Positions 1 to 12,287 of a DNA stretch of 64,000 nucleotides are shown here, in pieces. The stretch lies in the NCBI GenBank assembly GCA_013265495.1, contig MU058531.1:2976911-3040910 (forward strand), written 5' to 3'. The translations under genes were made by a program, and so were the position numbers. Within the stretch, counting starts at the first letter, position 1; the number at the start of each line of letters is the position of its first letter. The stretch comes from Vicugna vicugna. Lineage: Eukaryota. A model generated the notes under the pieces. It searched no databases. It saw nothing but the letters and a program-made list of their open reading frames with translations, and had not been told where the DNA came from.

Positions 1-798
1 CAGAATTCAGTGTCATGACTTCACTAACCACAGAGAATGCTGGGAAATGTAGTCCACGGTGCACCCAGGGATAAAAGGAAAGGGGTTTCGTGAACTATCT
101 CTGTCATAGTTTCCACCTAAGAGACTAAATTGAAAGGGAGAAAGGGATACATACTTAGAGTGAGTGTCTAGAGCCCCTTTGGAGAAAAGAAAATATATTT
201 TGAGCTTCCTTGCCAGGCTTCACACAAGTCTCTTGCCTTATAGCTATTAAAAGCCAGAAATAGAGCTTTTAATGAATTTTGTTGGCTAGCCTGGGTACCT
301 AACCCCCTACTTCCCCTCTTTTTCCTCTATGAGAAAAAGAAGGAAAAAAGAGGAGACAAATTATGTTTTGAGATCTATACGAACGAATACTAATTAATAC
401 TATCGGTAATACAAGTTTAAGTCTAGAAAACAACTTTTACCTTTCATCTGACAATTTAATGTTTTCCAAATTTCATTTTAGTAGCCTAGTTTTTTGTTTT
501 GTCTCCTGATGAAAACCACTGGGCTATTCATATGCATTGAGGACTATTCTGGTGATCCGGGGTCCAGAGGAACCTTACAAGTCAAATTAGATATGAAATC
601 TCAGGGTTTCCAGTCTGCTTAGAAAGCTTCCAGGATGTCTTCATTCTTCTCTGCTACCTATCATGATAGTTCACCAGCATGAACTAGATCTGATTTGGGG
701 GTGCCCCTGTGAATATACTGTATTATTATGGAACTGAATAAACTAGGAAACTTCTGTTGTTAAATTTACAATGTTAACTAACATTGATTTACTTACAG

Positions 799-867
799 AC
801 TGTGGCTGCAAGTTGCTTCAATGCGTCAGTGAGTAGTATTCATGAAATAGAAACACAGCTGAAAGAC
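799..867 (+). CDS. CEP55: CEP55 internal coding exon (69 nt; TVAASCFNASVSSIHEIETQLKD)
   Basis: ttacAG acceptor at 797-798 and GTAAGT donor at 868. The peptide matches the CEP55 segment preceding ALEKNQQW, with phase 0/0 consistent with the next exon. Confidence 0.92.
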
Positions 868-2484
868 GTAAGTTCACTTTTCTTTTATTAAGTTGTAGCT
901 GAAGAGGACTAATTCATTTATTTTAAAATCTCATGGAAATTGACAACATTAATGCTGTGACTTGAAAAAAATCTTTTGGAGAGACAGAGAAATGAATGGT
1001 TTGATATCATCTCTCTAGATTACCACCTTTAAGTCTCTTTCCAGGAGTTCAAGAAGGCCAGGAAAGCTTACTTCCTCTACGTGTGGTCTCTTTAGGCTAG
1101 AAAGCCCTAGAAATCACTCATTTCTACCAAATACCTCAATAATATCCCTTCTCCACCTAAATCTAATTTGCCCAACTATTTTATTATTTTAATGTTATTT
1201 AATTTGTAGTTTCTTTTCTTTTTGTTTATCCATGCAAGATATACTCTTTAGTTTGACATTATTCCCTTGGAACCACGATTTGCTTTCGTAGTTTGGAAAC
1301 AAAACACATTCTTTGTCTACTCAACATTTCTCTTCTCTAGAATTTGGTAAGAGGTTATTTTAGATATGTCTTAAAGCTGTATTATTTCAGGCTTATGTCT
1401 TCAATGGATTGATGGGTTTCGTTGGAAATTAAATAAATTGAGGACACAAGACTACTATTTACAGTGTATTTTTTTCAAGTTTTAAGATTAGGTAGGCAAA
1501 GTATGAAATTCTTGATTTAATTATTAGGCTAGTATGTAGATATTGTGATTCCAGAAATATTACTGGCATGTCTACCCTGATCTAAGTATGCTCTTAAGAT
1601 TCCTGTTTTGTATCTCATCTAGCAGGTATACCTTGAGGTTTATTTGATCTTCAAAAGGAGAATTTAAATCTGTTGAGTGTCTGTATAGTGGGGTACCAGA
1701 GTCCCCTCATCAAAGTAGTTTATTTAGAGGTAACTAAAATAATGAAGAAACATAATTCTTAAAGAGCTATCAGAATAATTTTTTTGTAGGTCATATATTA
1801 TCCCCAACATCTAGAAAGTTGGAAAGACTTACTAAACGGAATCTTGCAAAGTTTCTCGAATTGTACTAGTGTTATTTTTATGTAAAAATGATTAATACGG
1901 CGTAGAACCTGAGCTTCTCCATTTCCAGTCAGCTTCAGATGCGGCTGCCACTGCCATTGGTCTGAGGCCCACCCTTTAAGAATCATTAACTTAACATTTG
2001 AGGAGCAAGAGGTGGTTTAGCTCTGGTTATCCCTTTGGAATCTCAGCATATCTTTTAGACCAGCAGAATTGTAGTTGGAGGATTTAGGAGCAGGGAAAGA
2101 GAACTCTCACTCGTCAGAGTCCTTAATGTCGTATTACTTGGCCCTTGAGCTCAGCAATTCTAGACCTACACCCCTCTGCAAAGCTCCCACACAACTTCCT
2201 GTGGAAGTTTGCCCACCTCTTTTAAGAATCAGTATTTGTTATACTAAAATAAGCCCTAAAAACCTATGTTTCCCTTTCTTAAGGCCGAGCTGTTATCATT
2301 CCTCAGCTACCATTTAGGTCAGTTGATATTTTGAAATAATTACAAGGAGTTAATGCTGTGAACATTCTTTAGTGTCAGTAACTTTGAAACCAAGTAGCTA
2401 AAAGGCAGTTTTATAGGCATTCCTTGCTCTTAATATTAAAAATCTGATTTTTCAACAGAATTTAGGGAAGATAAATAATAGTTA

Positions 2485-2902
2485 TTTTTTAACTTTTTAT
2501 TTGGGAAAAAAATTCAAATTCACAGAAAAGTTATAAGAATGAAAAATGGTTCATAGAAGCCCATGTATTCTTTACCAAACTGAACCATTTTCAACATTTT
2601 ACCCCATTTCATTCTCTTTCAGTCCCCTCCTCTGTATACACACACACACACACACACACACATTTTCTTCTGAACCATTTGAGAATGAGTTGTGTATATC
2701 CACAGCCCTTTAAGCCTAGATACTTCAACGTGTATTCCTAAGAATGAGGATATTCTCTTACATGACTACAGTACAGATGGCAACTTTAATAAGTTTAACA
2801 GGGACACAATACTTCTTTTTTTTTTAATTGAAGTATAATTGATTTACAATGTTGTATTCTTTTCTGGTGTACAGCATAGTGATTCAGTTCTCTCTATATA
2901 TG

Positions 2903-2953
<51 letters not shown>

Positions 2954-3060
2954 GCATATCCTTTTCATATTCTTTTTTATTATAGGCTATTACAAGACAT
3001 TGAATGGACACAATACTATGTAGTCTATCATCCGTATTCCAGTTTTGTTAACTGACATTT
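2485..3060 (-). mobile_element. Old L1MC-type 3' end, interrupted by a (CA)n tract and a younger L1 fragment
   Basis: Characteristic tttattt...acagaaaagtt...ctgaaccatttgaga...cctaagaa...gatattctcttacat text; family assigned from memory. Confidence 0.55.
2814..3005 (-). mobile_element. Young 5'-truncated L1 3' end with (TA)n expansion; 12-bp TSD GGACACAATACT
   Basis: Poly-T then aattgaagtataattgatttacaat; TSD copies at 2802-2813 and 3006-3017. Confidence 0.85.
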
Positions 3061-3104
3061 TTTCCTTCCTCCAATATAGGCTAACTTCTCAACCTGTGTT
3101 AGAA

Positions 3105-3300
3105 TTTTTGCCCAAGGACTGTTTAATGGATCCCTGCCAAAGCAGGAGGAAGGGCATCAGTAGCATTCCACACGGCTTCACTTTTGCCTACTCTTGTTCT
3201 GTATTTTTATTGATAACTTGGATGGAAATGGTAAATGCGTGTCTAACAAATGAGTAGATGACACAAAGCTGGAAGAGACAATTAATGCAAGGAGGACTCT
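3105..3300 (+). mobile_element. Ancient CR1/L3 LINE reverse-transcriptase fossil
   Basis: Translates to ...ISSIPHG... and FIDNLDGNGKCVSNK*VDDTKL (DDTKL at 3257-3271), matching the CR1 RT pattern GVPQG...FINDLD...KFADDTKL. Confidence 0.7.
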
Positions 3301-4531
3301 AAGGTTGCAATACTCATAATATCAACAATTACTGATCGCTTTCAGGTTCATTTATTATTGATTCTATTAAGAGAAGAAATAATGGAAAGTGTCAGTGAGG
3401 TCAGGAGTAAAGAAGTGTTTACTACCTTATTGAAGTAACATCGCCATCATGTGGCACTTTAGAATATTGTCTCTCACATGTTAAACCAATGTAGTTTTGT
3501 TTCTTGTACTTCAGTGATGTATGGACAGATTTATTTAAAAGGAGAAATTTTTCATGACCATTCAACGTTGACTTTAATTATTTATATTAAATATGGACAC
3601 ATTTTAAATTTGGTATAAAATTAGGTATCTTTAGCATCTAATACAATGATTTATAAATATTTGGATATAAGCTTGCTTTTTGAGTCATACAATGCCATAT
3701 CTCTTATCAGCTAAACTTGAGTGTATAAAACAGAGTGGCTATACAGTATCTCCACTTGATAAATGAACTCTCAAGCCACACAAGGAGAATAAATTTCTGG
3801 CAGGTGCCTGAAAGGTGCAGAGAGAAAAGCGGCTGGAGGGAGGGCCCTGGATTAAGTCTTTGATTCCAGAGACTGCCTCTGTCCTAATCCATTTCCTAGT
3901 TCTATACAGAACAGACACTGAAAAATCCTTTAAGCCCCATACCTAGAAGCTTTGCTCATGAGTCTGTAGGATGTTTGTGGAAGCAGCCTAGCAACAGTTG
4001 GAGGAACTCTGGAGACTTAAGGGTTTCCATATGTGTAGATCTTTTTGGACACGGAGCTCAAACACATGTATCTTTAAAGGATGGAAATTCCTACCTGAAA
4101 GAAGGTGTCCTGATCTACAACCACGAATTTCTAGTATTTCCTTACCACAGAATTGAACACTTTTGAAAATGTATTCCAGCATGTTTGTTCTACTTCAGTA
4201 GAGTTACGCCATGCAACTTCTTTGTTAAGAACTTTGTGTTTGTACCATCTCTTTCTGGCAGCCCTGAAGGATGAGAAGTTATACATTCTGGCTGCCACAT
4301 GTTAATCTTTAGTAATAATAAATTCCAACAGGTTTGGGATGAATTATGACACAAAGGACCCATGTATACATTCGGAAGATTATAGAAGTAGTTATAGTTC
4401 CATTACAAAGGGGTTCTGATTACATTTTCATACATTACTTAGTTAAATGAGTAAGAGGTTTTTGAAAGTGTTTTATTCTTTCTGAATCCCTGTGAATGGA
4501 TTGTTCTATTGTATATAAGGAACTGCTAGAT

Positions 4532-4720
4532 TCTTTTTTTTTTAATTAATTAATTAATTAACTTTTTTGAAGTATAGTCAGTTACAGTGTGTCAGTGTCT
4601 GGTGTACAGCATAATGTCCCAGTCATGCATATACATACATATATTCGTTTTCATATTCTTTTTCATTAAAGGTTATTATAAGATATTGAATACGGTTCCC
4701 TGTGCTATACTCTCAGACAT
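4532..4720 (-). mobile_element. Young L1 3' end; 14-bp TSD AGGAACTGCTAGAT
   Basis: TSD copies at 4518-4531 and 4721-4734; poly-T head and the same 3'-end text as the other copies. Confidence 0.85.
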
Positions 4721-6583
4721 AGGAACTGCTAGATCCTTTCCTGCCCTCTCCTCCCTTCCCTGAGCACGCACGAACTCTGTTGTGGTGCTACATGGCTAGC
4801 TCGGGTGCTTGCTGGTTCTTGCAGCCATTGTCTCCCCACCCCATGCTGTCAGCATCATTCACAGACATTTATCAGGCAGACACTTGCTATGGAAACAGTG
4901 AACACGAGCATGAAACTGTGGGGAAAAATATCTAAACAGAGGGCGCAGGATCTAATTAAGATAAGCAGTATCGTCCGGAAGCAATCAAGGTCGTGAGTAT
5001 AAGATGCCAGATAGATCTAGTGGACCTTAAAATCACTATTGGCTTACAAAGGAGAGAAAGCTTGATGAAGACAGTTACGGTGAGGAGGCTTGACAGACCA
5101 GCCTGGACTCTCTAGAACTTGATGAAAAGATGGGATTTAAGGGGGCAGGTGGCACAGGAATGGGTTCAGGGCACTCTGCGCAGAGGCAGGGATTTAAGCA
5201 AGGCCCAGAGGGTGTGCACAGTTGTGTAGACGAGGCAGCAGTGAGGAGAGGAAGGGCCAGGCTGTGATCCAAGGCGATGGGAAGCAGTAGATTGTGGACG
5301 ATTTTAATGTCAGCCTAAGGGAACATAGCTTCAGTTTTAGGAAGTTGTGTCTAGAAGCTTTAAAAAGTTCTCAGTTATTAATATAATTAAAACAGCTTAG
5401 CACTTTGGGGGACTGAGGAAGAGGTTGAACGGAATTTATTAGCAGTAGCTATTTTGCCTCACTCTAATAAGTGATTATTGTATTAACTAACCTGAAGCTT
5501 TTGAGCTTTTGGCCTGCATCTCCTGTCACTCTTCTCGATGGGGAAATCGCCCTCCAACTGAGGATTTCTAAATCCCCAATCAGAGTTTGCCAAGACCCCG
5601 TGAGTCACTGCCTTCAGTCCAAGAGGATGGGACTGCCCCCTTTTCATTCTGTGTTCCTGAGAGGCTGGGGAAATGTCTCAGTGACTATTTGTGTAAAGAG
5701 AGCATGAACATCTAAACCTGACATCATGGCGTTCCTGTGGAGGCAGACCTCAGCGTGGGCGGCAGGGGCAGAGGGCTCAGCACCAGTGAGCCTGGCCATT
5801 GCAAAGGGGTGTTAGCATCACCGTGTGTGCCTCCTTCTGTGGCCCTTCACCCTTAACATTTTCCTCCTGTGACGTAAATTATAAATGAATGAATGAATGA
5901 ATGTATACACACACACAGACACACATACATATAAAACATGTATAAAACAACTGCGTTCAGAAGCCCTTATACACTCACCCCAGGTGAGTGGTCCCAGTTT
6001 GGGAATTTTCAGTTCTCAAAGAGGTAAAGGATAAAAATTGATGATAAAGAGAAGGGGTAGTATTTAAGTTTGCTTCTCCGGGAGGCAGACACCAAGATGG
6101 AATTAGCCATGCAGTTTACTGGGAAGTGGCATCTGTGAAAGGAAGAGGAGGGCAGCAGGACTGGGCAGGGGCACATCAGACCCGGATGCAAACCTGGCAG
6201 AGCTTCTGTCTGTCCAGGGACGGGCTCCCATGCAGAGCCCTATGTTGGGCGGAAATAGCTCTTTCTTAAAGGGTATCTGTCTGACAGTGCATCTCCACCT
6301 CTGCTATAAAAGCATTCTAGTTTACAGGAAATAATGTGGACACAGACACAAAGCAAGCTGTATACAGGAGACAGCAGACAAATGAACTTAAGCCTGTGTC
6401 AACATGACTTCACCATCTTACTAGGAATTCAGAAACTGTGCGGCATTAGCATGTCTCTGTGTGGGATGCCACGTGAGCCATTCGAGTTTTTATGTGCTGG
6501 AAAAGACTGCATCACTTGGGCTCCCTTTTTAAGATTTTGGGGTTTCTTTGTTGTTACTGATTTGCTTTCATTTTCACTTTGAG

Positions 6584-6734
6584 GCTCTGGAGAAAAACCA
6601 GCAATGGCTTGTGTATGATCAGCAGCGAGAGGTCTACGTTAAAGGACTTTTAGCGAAGATCTTTGAGTTGGAACAGAAATCGGAAACAGCTGCTCATGCA
6701 GTCTCACAGCAGACAAAACAGACTGCATCAGAAG
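6584..6734 (+). CDS. CEP55: CEP55 coding exon encoding the EABR (ALIX/TSG101-binding) region, ALEKNQQWLVYDQQREVYVKGLLAKIFELE...
   Basis: Recognisable CEP55 EABR peptide inside ORF 6548-6829. Acceptor tttGAG at 6581-6583, donor GTACTG at 6735; 151 nt, ends in phase 1. Confidence 0.96.
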
Positions 6735-8159
6735 GTACTGGTATAAAAATATTCTTTGGGGTTGGCCTGCCTGACATTTTCCAAAAGGAGAGATTCATCA
6801 AATATAGATTTTTTATAGATACATGTTAGAAAGTAAAATAAGAGCAAGTCTGCCAGCCCTGAAGTGAGAAATAAATAAATGCCAGTCTGTTTCATTTCTC
6901 ATTATTTTCTGATACAAGAGGGCATACGGCACAGGGTGGAGGGACCTTCAGCTCTAAAGGCACATTGTTTTCTCCCCTGTGCATGTCCTTCCCCTCCTGC
7001 AACGTCCTTCTCCAGCTTATTTCCCCTGGTACTGGCCTTATCACCGACTGTCTTTTTACTCCGCTTCCCTTTAGCACGTATTTATATCACTCCCAAGAGA
7101 AGGATTACATTTTATAGATGACTCTTCAATCATTTGAATCTCACCCTAGAAGTGAGGTGAGGTTCCTTATGGGTGATGCTATCTTTTTGCCAAGTACTTT
7201 GCAGCTTCCTTGACATTCATTGATCCTTTCACAAGAACGCTGAGAGGTGGGGCAGGAAAGATCCTCTGTCTCGTGTTACAAATAGGGAAGTAGATTCAGT
7301 CGTTCCGGGGATGAGCCAGGGAAAGAGAAACCCCCATACAAAGCACTCATTTAAATGACTGACAGCCCTGGTGGGACTGGAACGTTGAATTACATAAAGA
7401 GAAGGCTAAAGAAAGCCCAGCAAGTCTCATAATCTCAGAGCTTCACATTTGAATATTTTAAATGAAGCTAATGTTAAAAATAAAAAAGGGAGGGGTGGAT
7501 ATCTCTAGAGATAATTCAAAGCTGTTTATCCCTAAAGAGGACAAAGTTACTACAGTAATGCCTTTATAAGTTTACTACACTTAAAGTAGAATTTTAATGA
7601 TGGGTGAAGTCTAGTTTTTTCCTTTGGTAACAGTTTTTCTTTTCCCTTTCACTCTCTTGCTCTCTGCCTCTCTTCTGCTCTCTCTCTCTCTCTCTGTGTT
7701 TTATCAAAGTAATATAAGCACTTGTTAAAATAATGTAACCACAGTACAGAAGGCCCTGCCCCACCTTTCCCATGCCATCCTAATCTCTATTTCTTCCTCC
7801 CATTGGTGAAGCTGCTTTTAGCATTTCTGGTTTTGATTTTGGTAACTACTCTGTATCTTTAAATGATGAGCTAATGTCCTTATTTGTTGATTTATTTTCT
7901 TTAGACATTAGTGACTTTCCCTCCCTCAGAATAATTATATTACCATTTCTAGTTCTTCTCTTTATTCATTTTGTAACTTCAACCTGAACTTCTGTTTCCT
8001 GTTCTGTCAAATATCAACCAGAGCCCCTACCTCTTCACTCTTCATTTTAGAAGGTGAGGAAATAATGTGATCTTGTTTATAGAAACATACTTACATTTTT
8101 TTTTTCAGGAAGATGATCTGTCTTATAAAGTGAGTTGTGCCCTGATGTGTTTGTCATAG

Positions 8160-8473
8160 GTTGTCTTCAAGAAGAAAAGCAGAAATTTTACAACCATCTC
8201 TTGGCAAATGCAAAAAATGATCTTGAGGTGCAGCGACAAACCATCACTCAGTTGAATTTTGAACTTAGTGAATTTCGAAGAAAGTATGAAGAAACCCAGA
8301 AAGAAGTTCAAGATTTAAATCAACTGCTGTGTTCACAAAGAAAGGCAGATGTACAGTATCTGGAAGATGACAGACATAAAACAGAGAAAATACAAAGGCT
8401 CAAGGAAGAGAATGACCTTGCCAGGGAAAAACTTGAGGAAGAGAAGAAGAGATCTGAAGAGCTCTTATCTCAG
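8160..8473 (+). CDS. CEP55: CEP55 coiled-coil exon (314 nt; GCLQEEKQK...SEELLSQ)
   Basis: Lies in ORF 8135-8500. Acceptor catAG at 8158-8159, donor CAG|GTGGGT at 8474; phase 1 start completes the codon from the previous exon. Confidence 0.96.
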
Positions 8474-9785
8474 GTGGGTCTAGCCAACAAGGTTTCCTAG
8501 GGTTCATAATTCAGATTTTACATTGTGCTTACTAAGTGCCAGGCACTATTTTAACTGCTGGGGAACCAGCAAGGACAACAGAAGTTCCTGCCTCCGACCC
8601 CCATAGGAGTTCATATTTAGAAGGGAGACCGTAAACAAATACCTAAATAAACAAGTAAACTAAAGAAAATAAAACAGGGTACTATGACCAAGAGAAATTG
8701 GGGGCCAGGTGAGGCATCACTGAGGAGATGGCATTTTGGACAACGACCTGATGGTGAGAGGGAACCAGTGAGGTGAGTGATGGCGGGAATTCCCTCCTGG
8801 CGAGGAACCCACAAACACAGGTTCTGAGTGAGAAGGAGGCAGGTGCGTGAGACGCCAAAAGGGGTGAAGTCAAGAGGGGATCCAGGCTGATTCCTAGGCT
8901 GGTGCTGTGATCGTGATGGCACTGTGCCCAAGTTAATTCAGCAGATGCCGCCCAGGTTCTCTTTATGCTCACAGCATGATCCAGGAGGTCTGTCTCAGCA
9001 ATGCTGGCGCTACTAAGTTAGGCTCATTAGAATTGAATACTACTTCAACAGAAGCTCATTCATTTAAATTTTGCTCAGTAGCACAAAATAATGGAAAAAA
9101 TATCATTTGGAGTCCATACCTGGTCTCTAGTTCTGGATATGTGCCTTAAGAAAATCAACTAACTTCTCTGATATGCAGGTTATACATGTGTCAAATTAAT
9201 AATCGTAATAATAATAACGTCTTCTTGCCTCATGGAGCTTTTGTGAATGTTGATTGAGAGTGTGAAAGTGCTTTTTGTAAATTAAAGGGCGAGGTAAATG
9301 TTAGTTATTGCTGCTATTAGAATAGTAATTTTTTAAATCCTCCAAAATTTGAGAGAGAAAAAAATTACTCTGTGATATTTGCCTCCTTGGTCTTTACCAC
9401 CCTCATTTCTGCCTGCGGCTACGAGCAGTGATATTTATGAGAGATTAAGCAAAAATGATTGAGAATTTTGCTCCAGCTCTGTGGCCAAGGAGGCAAGGCA
9501 TTGCCAACTTTGTTATCCTACTCAGAAATATTAGTGGGTGTCAGAACCTGCCGGAAATCTGGCAGCAATTTAGTGCTTTTTATCAACTTTCAGTGTGTGC
9601 TTCAGGGAACTCTCAGCCCAGCTGCTTGCGTAGGTCACCATCAAACCCCAGTGGAAATGGCTCACCCAGAAGAGCAGGTGTTACCCTGGTTAGAGCTGTG
9701 AGACTTGTGGGCCTCTCGTGTCTGGGTCAAGGTCAGGCCCTAAAAGGTCACATGTGACAGTGTTGGCTCTCTTCACATCCTACAG

Positions 9786-9857
9786 GTCCAGCTTCTTTAC
9801 ACGTCTCTGTTAAAGCAGCAAGAGGAACACACAAGGATGGCTCTGTTGGAACAACAG
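9786..9857 (+). CDS. CEP55: CEP55 coding exon (72 nt; VQLLYTSLLKQQEEHTRMALLEQQ)
   Basis: ctacAG acceptor at 9784-9785 and CAG|GTACTC donor; the peptide matches CEP55. Confidence 0.95.
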
Positions 9858-10463
9858 GTACTCAGTGGGGTTGCTTCTAAAGTCACTGTAACCCTTTAGA
9901 AAATGGAATTTTCCTCATGTTTACACTATTCTATGAAGAACCATTTGAAAGTTACGAAAAATGCTTTTTAAAACCTTTAACAAAAATATTTAAAGTGACT
10001 ATCTGTGCCAGCCATATATACCTGTTCCTGTCTGTTGGCTAAGCCAAATTTGCTGAGGTGAGATGGTAATTTTCTTGCCTTAGCAAATTTTATTCTTCCC
10101 TAAATGAGTTCTAGTCTGATATGATGTCCCTTTATAGGACTACCAGAAAACCTGAGAACTCAAAGAGGTACCATTTATTCTCTGAATATAGACCAGAGAT
10201 TTTTAGTCTGTTCTCAACCAGGGAACAGCCATCTCTTTCCCCTCTCTCCCTTCCTCACAAAAAGGGGGATATGGAGGACAGACCCGAACCAGCAGCTTCT
10301 TCAGCTGCTCCTCACTCACTGGGACCCCAAGCTGTGGCTTTGCTTCTTGGACAAATCTTCTCCATTTATCAGCAGAGGAATGCTTGCTCTGATGGTACAA
10401 CATACTTTTGCTTCTTGTGATCATAAAGAAATGCAAGCCTCCAGTCAAGAAAACTAGACTATA

Positions 10464-10514
10464 TACACACACACACACACACACACAACACACACACACA
10501 CAACACACACACAC

Positions 10515-10545
<31 letters not shown>
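10464..10545. repeat. Interrupted (CA)n microsatellite abutting a CEP55 branch point
   Basis: About 40 CA units with three single-base interruptions. Confidence 0.95.
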
Positions 10546-10548
<3 letters not shown>

Positions 10549-10583
10549 CTGTAATTGTCTTGTCCTGGGCAATTTTTTTCCAG

Positions 10584-10709
10584 ATGCAGGCATGTACTTT
10601 AGACTTTGAAAATGAAAAACTTGACCGTCAAAATATGCAGCATCAATTGCATGTAATTCTTAAGGAGCTCCAAAAAGCAAGAAATCAGATAACACAGTTG
10701 GAATCCTTG
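10584..10709 (+). CDS. CEP55: CEP55 coding exon (126 nt; MQACTLDFENEKLDRQ...ITQLESL; UBAN/NOA-like region)
   Basis: tttttttccAG acceptor at 10582-10583, TTG|GTGAGT donor at 10710 and a branch-point-like CTAAC at 10545-10549. Confidence 0.95.
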
Positions 10710-11221
10710 GTGAGTCTGGCATGATTCAACTAAGATTTATTTTCATCTTTTTTCACCGTCTTTCCATTTATATGTCAAACCAGTTCCCAAAGCAGGAGGC
10801 TACAGCATTTGCCCTTTGAGCATCAGTTCAGAGCACCAGTCAGAGGGACATTATGTGCCTCTTGGTAATGATAACATTTCCAGTGCCTGGGATCATCCCC
10901 TACCTGCCCCAGGCGCTGGGATTCTAGAGGCCCTAAACAGTGCCTGGCCTGGGGGTGCAGGGCGCAAGGCAGGGCAGTTGTAGATCCTAAACTGAAATTA
11001 TGTTTTTCTATTTAAAAAGAAAGAAAGGAAAAAAATGGTGGTTTTAGAGATAATGGACTATTACTGTCAATATGCTATTTAGGCATATTGAGTTAAGCAC
11101 ATTCTATAGATTACTCTGAACACAATCTATAAAAACATTTACCTTTTAAATAACATTGTTTCTATAAGGAAATGGTTTTTGACTTACCTATTTTTGTCCT
11201 ACTAATAAGCTTTTGGACCAA

Positions 11222-11224
<3 letters not shown>

Positions 11225-11255
<31 letters not shown>
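11225..11255. repeat. (TG)n microsatellite
   Basis: Direct reading. Confidence 0.95.
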
Positions 11256-11258
<3 letters not shown>

Positions 11259-12086
11259 ATTAGCACATATATTATATATCACTATAGCACTGCCGAATAT
11301 CTGCAGATGGTAGAATGTTACGCATCGAATTCCTCAATTTTCAAAAGAGAAAAAAGCAGTTGTTTAAAAAAAGTCATTTGTAACTTCTTTATGAATAAAA
11401 GAAAATATATTTTTGACCCCGTTCTCTAGTATGCCATGGATTTTGACCATTTATAATATTTGAAATTGAAATTTAGAATTACTTCCTGTTCATGACTGTT
11501 TTTCAAAGTTTAGGAAGCCAGAGGGTATACAAAAGAGTCCATAATTTTCCTGTACTTTTCTTTTGTGTTCCCACTGTCCATCATCTTCCTAGTATGTGGT
11601 AAAATGTTCATTTTTAAGCCTTACTGACTATTCTAAGTTCCTCAGGAAAAGAACATGAGCAAGGGAAGTCACAAAGGAATGGTACAGTATCTTAGTCATT
11701 TCTGTGTATCACCTGTTTGACCTGCTAAAATTCTTTGCTGCACTTAATTCCATGTAGTTCTTTATTGCTGAAGTTGCCCCTCTTTTACAAACTTAGCAGA
11801 TTTTCTCAGCCCTGCCCACAAGCCCACCTTTCCATTTGGCTCTAAGCATTTAATAAAACCTATCTATATGAACACCCAACCCTAGTACTTCCTGGGTAAT
11901 TTGGGTTATTTATAGCCACCTTGTGTGTTATCACCATAATACCAATGAGCAGAGATTGAAATGAAAATCAGTCCAGAAGACTGAAGCAACTGGAGTATCT
12001 AACAGAGCAATTAGAACTTAGAACAATTAGAACAATTAGAAGGAGGCCTCTATACAAGCCATGTTCATTTGACGTTTATTTTTCAG

Positions 12087-12287
12087 AAGCAGCTTCGTGA
12101 GTTTGGTTTCACAGAGCCATTAGTCACCTTCCAGAGAGAGACTGAAAAAAAAGTTAAAGTCGCGTCACCAAAAAGTCCCACTGCCGCACTCAATGAAAGT
12201 CAGGTGGGGTGTCCCAAGTGCAACATCCAGTATCCAGTCACCGAGCATCGAGATCTGCTTGTCCACGTTGAATACTGTTCCAAGTAG
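12087..12287 (+). CDS. CEP55: CEP55 last coding exon (KQLREF...SPKSP...NES...CPKC...HVEYCSK*), with mitotic phosphosite region and C-terminal CCHC zinc finger
   Basis: ttttcAG acceptor at 12085-12086; ORF 12069-12287 ends in TAG; the CPKC-x14-H-x3-C finger is typical of CEP55. Confidence 0.96.
   Translation, partial: KQLREFGFTEPLVTFQRETEKKVKVASPKSPTAALNESQVGCPKCNIQYPVTEHRDLLVHVEYCSK

Noticed and set aside
3975..4182. Overlapping 63-64 aa ORFs in a CEP55 intron
   Set aside because: No splice or homology support, and CEP55 frame continuity does not require an exon here.
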